The translations under genes were made by a program, and so were the position numbers. From contig CAKVFE010000002.1 in assembly GCA_934746645.1 (NCBI GenBank), forward strand, positions 220,880 through 284,879: DNA of 64,000 bases, in the 5' to 3' direction. The first letter of the stretch is position 1. Every line of letters starts with the position of its first letter. This stretch comes from an uncultured Clostridia bacterium (GTDB lineage Bacteria > Bacillota > Clostridia > Christensenellales > UBA1242). This document shows positions 57,002 to 64,000 of this stretch, one piece after another. Below the pieces are notes generated by a model. That model made no database searches. It was not told the origin of the DNA and saw only the letters and a list, made by a program, of their open reading frames with translations.

Positions 57002-58183
57002 CTACAATATGTTGGCAGTAGTCATTATTAGCGCAATGCTTAATAGATACATAAATGATACAGCCAAAATCAAGACTAAAGGATAAATCAATATTTTTGA
57101 ACACCCCATACAAAAATCAGAAATTTTCCCATCAGATATAGGTTCCAATATTGCAGAAGTTAACTGCAATACAAGTCTTAAAAGAAGAATTTGTACTATA
57201 GGTTGAATTATTAATCCAACAATAATCAGTAGTCCAATAACACCTATCGCATTTTTAATAATAACTGAAGAACACATAATCAAATCAAATCCATCTGATA
57301 TAAATCCACCAATAAGTGGAATATAACTTTTAACTGCAAACTTGGTAGCTTTTATACTAATACCATCATATTTACCAGCACTAATGCCCTGTATTGTTAG
57401 AAAAGCAGTAAACAATGTCACTGAAAATCCAATAACAGTTTTAAACAAATTAGAAATAAATGTATTAGATTTAGTAAGTTTAACATTCTTACTTAAATTG
57501 CTTATTATCAAAAATATAAAAGATAAAATAAATAACGGAAATAAAAATTTAGAATATATTGTACCAATACCACTAGTAAGTATAGCGATAATCGGTCTAT
57601 ATATTCCAACACTCGCAACACCACCAACTGCAGTTAGCAATGTAAGCATTATTGGGAAAATTATAGATATATGAGAGTTCATTATATTTAATACAGAACC
57701 TGTATTTTTTATAACCCCTGTTATTGATGACGATAACAATAAAACTACACTTGCATAACAGACAAAATGAATCAGGTCATTAACACCAGCTCCACTTTTA
57801 CTTGATTTTAATGTGTTGAGTATACTCCCCACCACTGCAATACCAACAATTAAAAACATTAATGGTAATAGTTTTTTTACACCATTAAACACAAGATTAA
57901 TTAACGAATCAAATATACTTGAATAAGAAGAAAAATAATTTCCGGAAGATATTTGTTTTATTACATCTTTAATTGATGTTGTATTGTCTAAATTATAAAA
58001 TTGAGTTAAATCATTTAAACAATCTTCCAAATTACTTAAATCCAAATTATCTAATTGATCTGATATTGATTGATTAATTTTTATTTCAACATTTTCACCA
58101 CTATCAGCTTTTACATAAATTGCTGGCTGAATATTAAACATACCAATAATACAGATTGATAAAAAAAATATAAATTTTTTCAT
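57002..58183 (-). CDS. spoIIIAE: Stage III sporulation protein AE
   Basis: Signal peptide followed by about 7 TM helices, 393 aa, correct operon position. Confidence 0.85.
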   Translation of the reverse strand: MKKFIFFLSICIIGMFNIQPAIYVKADSGENVEIKINQSISDQLDNLDLSNLEDCLNDLTQFYNLDNTTSIKDVIKQISSGNYFSSYSSIFDSLINLVFNGVKKLLPLMFLIVGIAVVGSILNTLKSSKSGAGVNDLIHFVCYASVVLLLSSSITGVIKNTGSVLNIMNSHISIIFPIMLTLLTAVGGVASVGIYRPIIAILTSGIGTIYSKFLFPLFILSFIFLIISNLSKNVKLTKSNTFISNLFKTVIGFSVTLFTAFLTIQGISAGKYDGISIKATKFAVKSYIPLIGGFISDGFDLIMCSSVIIKNAIGVIGLLIIVGLIIQPIVQILLLRLVLQLTSAILEPISDGKISDFCMGCSKILIYPLVLILAVSFMYLLSIALIMTTANIL

Positions 58184-58566
58184 TATAACAATTCCACAAT
58201 AATATCTAATAGATTTGTTATTATTGGCATTGATACAGTCAAAATAATCAATTTACCACCTAGCACTATCTTATCAGCAATAGCTGGATTTCCTGAATCG
58301 GCACATATATTAGCAGCAAATTCTATAAGATACCCTATACCAACAATTTTTAAAATAATGGAAAATAATTCGGCATTAATTCCAGTTTTTGATATTATTT
58401 TGTCAAAAACTCCTAGTATATTGGTAAAATAATTAAACAAATAACAAAGCATTATTATCGAACCAGCAATCAAAACCAAAACAGCAAACTCTGGTTTTAT
58501 CTGTTTAACAATAATAATAACAACACATATTAAAATGCCTAAAGCTATAATTTTAAATATTTCCAT
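58183..58566 (-). CDS. spoIIIAD: Stage III sporulation protein AD
   Basis: 127 aa with 4 TM helices. Paralogous to the preceding AC gene. ATGA-type overlap with AE. Confidence 0.85.
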   Translation of the reverse strand: MEIFKIIALGILICVVIIIVKQIKPEFAVLVLIAGSIIMLCYLFNYFTNILGVFDKIISKTGINAELFSIILKIVGIGYLIEFAANICADSGNPAIADKIVLGGKLIILTVSMPIITNLLDIIVELL

Positions 58567-58573
58567 TTAACAC

Positions 58574-58771
58574 CTAATATAGTGAAAACAATTGTTTTAC
58601 TGTACCAAACAATTCGTTAATCATATTAACAACCATAAATAGCACAATAATCACACCAGCCAATGTAGTCAATGTAGCAATCTCATCTTTACCAGAATAT
58701 TTTAAGACTTGATTAGTGACAGCAGTCAATATTCCAATTGCTGCTATTTTAAAAATAATATCAATTCCCAT
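58574..58771 (-). CDS. spoIIIAC: Stage III sporulation protein AC
   Basis: 65 aa with 2 TM helices (IFKIAAIGILTAV...). Confidence 0.85.
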   Translation of the reverse strand: MGIDIIFKIAAIGILTAVTNQVLKYSGKDEIATLTTLAGVIIVLFMVVNMINELFGTVKQLFSLY

Positions 58772-58777
58772 ACTTAC

Positions 58778-59245
58778 CTATACGAAAACAATAAAAAATA
58801 TTAGTCCAAACAAAACGCCAAGTTTTGTTCCTAACATTCCTTTTGGTTTGTTTTCTTTTAAATCTCTATATATTTTTTCAAACGCTTTTTTATTGTTACT
58901 TAAATTATTTAATTCACATCCAACATCCATTTTACCTAAAGAAAGCAAAAAATCTTTTACTATTTTTTCTTCAGATACACTTAAATAATCAGAATGATAA
59001 TCAAAATTTTTGTTTAAATAATAGTTATCAACAATATCTAAAAATTGCTTTGAAAATGAATCTTTATATTTATCAATAATCTTAGTTATTGATAATTTGT
59101 TGATAGTTATTCCTAAATTACATATTTCACAAAATTTAACTAAATCATTAAAGATAATGACTTTTTTCTTATATGATTTGGTAAAAAGATAACCCAAATA
59201 CATTATAAGCAACGACATTGATATTAATAAAATATATTTAATCAT
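58778..59245 (-). CDS. spoIIIAB: Stage III sporulation protein AB
   Basis: About 155 aa with N- and C-terminal TM helices. ATG at 59245 gives an ATGA overlap with the spoIIIAA stop (the ORF track extends to 59257). Confidence 0.8.
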   Translation of the reverse strand: MIKYILLISMSLLIMYLGYLFTKSYKKKVIIFNDLVKFCEICNLGITINKLSITKIIDKYKDSFSKQFLDIVDNYYLNKNFDYHSDYLSVSEEKIVKDFLLSLGKMDVGCELNNLSNNKKAFEKIYRDLKENKPKGMLGTKLGVLFGLIFFIVFV

Positions 59246-60147
59246 ACACAAATACAATCCAAATTTTGATTATATATTCCCTCTAAACTTCCCACCCCAC
59301 AATTATTGCTTAGTACAACATATCTTTCAAATAGTTGATTATTAATAATTTCTTTAAATGACTTTTTCATTTTAAGTTCATTAATATCCTTCGCATGTAT
59401 AGTAGCAATAATCTTACAGCCTGATGTTAAAGCATTTTCAATAACATCTAAATCATTATTAAGGCTTATTTCGTCTGTAACAATTACATCCGGTTTAAGA
59501 CTTCTTATGCCATTGGTCATTCCATATTCTTTTGAACAATTAAGCAATACATCGACATTGTTACCTAAATTAAATTTACCACCACCGCTTATTTCTCCCC
59601 TTTCATCTAAAATTAATATAGATTTATCAATAAGTCTTTTTGATATTTGTTGTACCAAATCTCTAATATATGTTGTTTTACCAGCACCCGGTGATGATAC
59701 AACTAAAGTAGATTTTATTTGATTATTGCTAACCAAACTTGAATATGTATTTAAGCTACAATTTTTTATCTGATGAGGTATTCTAATATTGAGTGAAGAT
59801 ATATTTTTTATTGTTTTAACAATATTATTTTGAGTTACAACTTCCCCTGCAACCCCAATTCTGATCCCTCCAGTATAACTGATATATCCATTAATAATTT
59901 CATCATTGATTGTATAAAACGAATTATCTGATACTTTATTAATAATATAATTAATATCCGAATTTTCACATATAACTGCTTCATTCCAATTATTTGTTAA
60001 CCCATTAGATGTTAAATAATAACTTCTAGTATTTAGATTAACTATAATAGGTTTGTTAACTCTTAGTCTAATTTCGTTGAGCATATCTATATTTATTTCT
60101 GCCAAACAATAATTAATTTTACTAGGTAAAATATCAGATAATCCCAT
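59242..60147 (-). CDS. spoIIIAA: Stage III sporulation protein AA (AAA+/secretion-type ATPase)
   Basis: Walker A SSPGAGKTT, Walker B ILILDE. First gene of the 8-gene operon. RBS aggaggtg. Confidence 0.9.
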   Translation of the reverse strand: MGLSDILPSKINYCLAEINIDMLNEIRLRVNKPIIVNLNTRSYYLTSNGLTNNWNEAVICENSDINYIINKVSDNSFYTINDEIINGYISYTGGIRIGVAGEVVTQNNIVKTIKNISSLNIRIPHQIKNCSLNTYSSLVSNNQIKSTLVVSSPGAGKTTYIRDLVQQISKRLIDKSILILDERGEISGGGKFNLGNNVDVLLNCSKEYGMTNGIRSLKPDVIVTDEISLNNDLDVIENALTSGCKIIATIHAKDINELKMKKSFKEIINNQLFERYVVLSNNCGVGSLEGIYNQNLDCICV

Positions 60148-60206
60148 ATTACACCTCCTATTTTTATTATGTTATTATTGAAAAATATCAACAATGAATA
60201 ATGTAG

Positions 60207-60240
60207 ACAAAAAAAATACCAAAACATTAAGTTTCGGCAT
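60207..60240 (-). terminator. Terminator upstream of the spoIIIA operon (ends the TIM-barrel gene transcript)
   Basis: Minus strand AUGCCGAAAC-uuaau-GUUUUGGUAU (with G.U pairs) followed by a T8 run. Confidence 0.65.
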
Positions 60241-60263
60241 TTTTTCTTTAAAAAATTGTTTTA

Positions 60264-61109
60264 TTATACATTTTCATATATGTTTTTTAATATTAGTGCG
60301 TCGTGCGCCATTACTTCACTAGATTCACTAATAATAACAGGTTCCATTTTATATTCTTTTATTAACTTTGCAAGTGGCTCAAATTCTGGTCCATATTTTT
60401 GGTCTTCTAAAGTAAGATGTCTAATTTCTCCTTTAGCACCATATTCTATTTTGCTAAAGTGAATATGAACTTTCCTTGCTTTTTCTTCACCCAATGTATC
60501 AAACAGATAATCTATAATTTTTCTATAATCATCTTCTGTTTTTAGACAACCTTGTCCTAAAGCATTTATATGTCCAAAATCCAATGTTGGAATAAAGTTT
60601 GGACTGATAGTACACATATCAATAACTTCTTGATATGTACCTATTTGTGCTGGTTTTCCCATTGTTTCCAAACAAATTAGAAAATTATCTAATCCCAATT
60701 CTTGCAATTTATCTTTTAATATATGCAATCTTTTATGTACTAATTCTATAGCATCTTTTCTATCAAGTTTTCCACAAGATGCAGGATGAACAACCAATCT
60801 ATGGCCACCTATCAATTTTAACTTTTGCAAAGAATTGATAACATACATATAACTTTTTTCCACCATTTCATCATCTGGATTAGCAAAATTGATATAATAT
60901 GGTGCGTGAATACTAACTTCAATATCATATTTTTTAGCTTCTTCACCTAGAGTTATAGCAGTATCATCATTTAAAGTAATTCCTCTACCAAAGCTATATT
61001 CGTAAGCGGATAACCCAATTGACTTTAACCATTTTGGTGCTTCAATAGATTTTTTATACCCTGCTTCATAAAAAGTTTTACAATTACCAGCTGGCCCAAA
61101 TCTTACCAT
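60264..61109 (-). CDS. TIM-barrel protein of the xylose isomerase-like / endonuclease IV superfamily
   Basis: MVRFGPAGN... N-terminus with His/Asp/Glu metal-ligand pattern (SIHAPYYINF, VVHPAS, LETM, DFGHINA, HIHFSKIEY). Start at 61109 with RBS ggaggg. Confidence 0.7.
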   Translation of the reverse strand: MVRFGPAGNCKTFYEAGYKKSIEAPKWLKSIGLSAYEYSFGRGITLNDDTAITLGEEAKKYDIEVSIHAPYYINFANPDDEMVEKSYMYVINSLQKLKLIGGHRLVVHPASCGKLDRKDAIELVHKRLHILKDKLQELGLDNFLICLETMGKPAQIGTYQEVIDMCTISPNFIPTLDFGHINALGQGCLKTEDDYRKIIDYLFDTLGEEKARKVHIHFSKIEYGAKGEIRHLTLEDQKYGPEFEPLAKLIKEYKMEPVIISESSEVMAHDALILKNIYENV

Positions 61110-61110
61110 A

Positions 61111-61983
61111 TTATATACCCTCCTCATCATAAAGATAAGTTTTTAATTTAAGTTTACCATTGATAGCATCAGCTATTCCAAGTATAGAAGTTTTATATCT
61201 AATAAAAATATTTTTATCATCCACACTGCTATCTATTGTTAATCCATTTTTTAATTTGAAAAAATCTGTTTCATTAACATCAATAATTTTATAATTTGAA
61301 AATACTTTTTCGATAGGAACAATATAATCATTTATATTAGATTTCAACAAATCATCTAAATTAACACTATTATTTATATCAAAGACGCCAGTTTTAGCTC
61401 TTTGCAAAAAAGTTACAGTTGCAAGCGAATTTAGATTATATGCCAAATCTCTAATTAAACTTCTAACATATGTTCCACTAGAACATTCAATTAAAAATTT
61501 GAATTTATTTTCACCCAAATCTTCTAAACATTCAAATCTAAATATTTCAACATCAACTGGTTTAAGTTGTACATTTTGCCCTTTTCTAGCCAAATTATAG
61601 GCTTTTTCACCATTAATGTTTTTAGCACTATAAATTGGTGGCAATTGTTTTATAATACCTAAGAACTTTGATGTAGTATCACAAATTTCTTTATATGATG
61701 GGATAATAGTAGTATTTTTTTCTACTTCCGTACCCAAATCCAAACTAGGAGTTTCATAACCAAATTCCGCTTCAACTATATATGTTTTTTGCTTATTTAA
61801 AAAATAATCAAATAACCTAGTTGCTTTACCCACAGCAATAGGCAAAACACCACAAGCAAGTGGATCTAAAGTACCCATATGCCCTATTTTATCCAATTTA
61901 AAGTTATGTTTTATACGACCAACCACACCAGCGCTTGATATACCTTGTGGTTTGTTTACATTTATAAAACCTATCATACTCAC
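61111..61983 (-). CDS. truB: tRNA pseudouridine(55) synthase TruB
   Basis: Catalytic Asp motif HMGTLDPLACGVLPI. 290 aa. Follows nrnA and rbfA. Confidence 0.95.
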   Translation of the reverse strand: MSMIGFINVNKPQGISSAGVVGRIKHNFKLDKIGHMGTLDPLACGVLPIAVGKATRLFDYFLNKQKTYIVEAEFGYETPSLDLGTEVEKNTTIIPSYKEICDTTSKFLGIIKQLPPIYSAKNINGEKAYNLARKGQNVQLKPVDVEIFRFECLEDLGENKFKFLIECSSGTYVRSLIRDLAYNLNSLATVTFLQRAKTGVFDINNSVNLDDLLKSNINDYIVPIEKVFSNYKIIDVNETDFFKLKNGLTIDSSVDDKNIFIRYKTSILGIADAINGKLKLKTYLYDEEGI

Positions 61984-62943
61984 CTATTTTAAATACTTTT
62001 CACAGACTGTAATAAGTTTATTTTTTACTGTATTAAGACAGCCAAAAATATTGCATCCAGACGCTTTAGCATGTCCACCACCGCCAAATTCTTTAGCAAT
62101 TAGTGAAACATCAATATCATTTTTACTTCTTAAACTGCATCTAAATAGTCCACGCTGTTCTTCATAAATAATGGCACCAATTTCACAACAATTTACATTG
62201 GTAATTTGATTAACAAGTCCTGTAGTATCACTTATATCTGCCTTTGTTTCAATAAGGTCTTTTTTTGTTAACTTCAAAAGTCCAATTTTGCCATCAGCAA
62301 AAAATTCTGCACCAGCAAGTGCTCTTTTATTTAATTCAAATTTTGCTAATGTTGTATACTTAAAAAGCATTTGATTAGCATTGTCAAGATCAAATCCATA
62401 ATCAATCAATTCGGCAGCAACTTTATGTTCCAAACTTGTTGTATTTGAATGGATAAAACATCCTGTATCAGATGAAATACCAGCATATAAAGCTTCAGCG
62501 ATTTCTTTATTAATTGGGCATAATTGTTGTACATAATAATACAATATTAGACAAGCACTAGACATACTAGATTCAACATGACATAGTTTTGCAAATTGTT
62601 CTGATGTTTTGTGATGATCAATCATAATAGTGTTTTCTATCTTATTAAAATATTTATCATATTTTGCCAATCTCTTTAAATCAGAACAGTCTAAGGCTAC
62701 ATGTAAATCAAAGCCTTCAACATTTTCATCATATCTTATATCTTTTATATACTTTATAAAATTATAATTTTCTGATACTACTGAATCTGAAAAAATATCA
62801 ACACTTTTATTTAACAAGACAAGTGCTTGTTTTAAAGCACTTGCTGCACCCAAACAATCCCCATCGGGATTGGTATGAATAAATATTGCTACTCTATTAG
62901 CTTGTTTTAGAGTATTAACAATATCATTATTTGTTTTCATCAT
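61984..62943 (-). CDS. nrnA: DHH-family phosphoesterase NrnA (oligoribonuclease / pAp phosphatase)
   Basis: DHH motifs HTNPDGDCLGA, MIDHH and DHHA1 GGGGHAKASG. Confidence 0.88.
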   Translation of the reverse strand: MMKTNNDIVNTLKQANRVAIFIHTNPDGDCLGAASALKQALVLLNKSVDIFSDSVVSENYNFIKYIKDIRYDENVEGFDLHVALDCSDLKRLAKYDKYFNKIENTIMIDHHKTSEQFAKLCHVESSMSSACLILYYYVQQLCPINKEIAEALYAGISSDTGCFIHSNTTSLEHKVAAELIDYGFDLDNANQMLFKYTTLAKFELNKRALAGAEFFADGKIGLLKLTKKDLIETKADISDTTGLVNQITNVNCCEIGAIIYEEQRGLFRCSLRSKNDIDVSLIAKEFGGGGHAKASGCNIFGCLNTVKNKLITVCEKYLK

Positions 62944-63298
62944 TTGTTCCTTTTCTAGATTTTTCTATCTCTTCCAATTTATCATCAATAGTTTCACCAT
63001 AAGTATAACTATCATCAAGATAGAATGTTAAAAATGGTACTTTTCTTAATTGAACTTTTTTACATAGTTCTTTTCTTATAAATCCAGCTGAATGTTTAAT
63101 TTGGTTAAACACATCTTCTTTATCTCCGTTAGGTGTAAAGATACTAACATAAACTTTGCAGTATTCTAAGTCATTAGTTGTATCTACTTTTGTAACAGAA
63201 ATTATACCAGTAATTGCAGGATTTTTTAAATCATAAGTAATAATTTCACTTATTGCTTTTTCAATTTCTGAGTTGATTTTTAAAATTCTCATACACAC
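62927..63298 (-). CDS. rbfA: Ribosome-binding factor A
   Basis: About 120 aa. RILKINSEIEKAISEII and LRKVPFLTFYLDDS motifs. Follows infB. Confidence 0.9.
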   Translation of the reverse strand: MCMRILKINSEIEKAISEIITYDLKNPAITGIISVTKVDTTNDLEYCKVYVSIFTPNGDKEDVFNQIKHSAGFIRKELCKKVQLRKVPFLTFYLDDSYTYGETIDDKLEEIEKSRKGTNDENK

Positions 63299-63300
63299 TC

Positions 63301-64000
63301 CTACATTATTTGAACTTCTTCAAAGACTTCGATAATATCTCCTTCTTTGATATCATTAAAGCCTTTTAATCTAATACCACATTCAAAGCCAGCTTTAACT
63401 TGTTTAGCATCATCTTTACCCATTTGTAAAGACTCAATAGATGTAGCAACAACTTCTTCATTGTTTCTAAGCAATCTAACTTTAGCATTTCTATTAACAA
63501 CACCATCTAGTACATAACTACCAGCAATATTGCCCAATGAACTTACTTTAAATATTTTTCTAATTTCAACATGTCCTACAACATTTTCTTGATATTTAGG
63601 AGCTTGCATACCATTAATAATGTTAGTGATTTCATCTACTGCTTCATAAATTATCTTGTACAATTTAACTTCAACATTATTTCTATCAGCTAAGACTTTT
63701 GCTTTAGCTTCAGGCTTAATATTAAATCCAATAATTAAAGCATTACTTGCTTTAGCTAGTACAACATCACTTTCAGTTATGCTACCAACACCACTATGGA
63801 TACATTGAACTTTAACTTCATCATTTCTAATTTTTTCTAGAGTTTGTTTAACTGCTTCAGCACTACCTTGAACATCTGCTTTAACAATAATCTTTAATAC
63901 TTTCATTTCGCTATCAGCAGATTGTTGTAGGAAGTCTTCCAAAGACATACCATTGTTTTGTTTTGCCTTTTCTTGTTGAACTTTTGTAAGTCTTTCATAC
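63301..64000 (-). CDS. infB: Translation initiation factor IF-2, C-terminal part (5' end outside the window)
   Basis: IIVKADVQGSAEAV...GFNIKPE... C1/C2 domains of IF-2. The reading frame stays open to the window edge. Confidence 0.93.
   Translation of the reverse strand, partial: YERLTKVQQEKAKQNNGMSLEDFLQQSADSEMKVLKIIVKADVQGSAEAVKQTLEKIRNDEVKVQCIHSGVGSITESDVVLAKASNALIIGFNIKPEAKAKVLADRNNVEVKLYKIIYEAVDEITNIINGMQAPKYQENVVGHVEIRKIFKVSSLGNIAGSYVLDGVVNRNAKVRLLRNNEEVVATSIESLQMGKDDAKQVKAGFECGIRLKGFNDIKEGDIIEVFEEVQIM

Noticed and set aside
60148-60206. Sigma-E promoter of the spoIIIA operon
   Set aside because: CATAATA and ATATT/TCATT-like elements are present, but the spacing did not fit the consensus as I remember it, so I could not call it with confidence.

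Overview
AT-rich (about 30% G+C by eye) chromosomal segment from an endospore-forming Firmicute, with Clostridia-like gene order. It is densely packed: about 66 protein genes, mostly on the minus strand, 7 tRNAs (a lone tRNA-Trp and a six-tRNA operon), and many clear Rho-independent terminators. Housekeeping blocks are miaB'-mutS-mutL-miaA, lexA, rnhA, rny, thiI plus a cysteine desulfurase, ltaS-family/plsC/cmk/rluB, scpA-scpB, recN, argR, proS, xseA-xseB, nusB, and truB-nrnA-rbfA-infB'. Sporulation genes are spoIIAA-spoIIAB-sigF, spoVAC-D-E, yunB, ytfI-ytfJ, two PBP5-type carboxypeptidases, spoIIM, spo0A, spoIVB and the full spoIIIAA-AH operon. The most unusual region is 40.6-46.0 kb. It holds two paralogous lipoprotein genes of unknown function, interleaved with two clusters of a G+C-rich structured repeat of about 65-85 nt. 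The repeat has conserved boxes GTCATTCTGAGCG ... GTCGAAC ... GGAATCT, and compensatory base changes support a conserved fold. The repeat copies bracket one paralog in inverted orientation. A 99-nt multi-helix element closed by a perfect 13-bp stem follows them. Other notable points: the Spo0A orthologue appears to have a degenerate receiver domain and carries tandem 0A boxes upstream; a nucleotidyltransferase-like ORF that seems catalytically dead sits beside a tyrosine recombinase near lexA; a PadR regulator is membrane-anchored; and an Asn-rich lipoprotein gene lies between the sigF and spoVA operons. No CRISPR array, rRNA, transposase or recognisable defence operon was seen.
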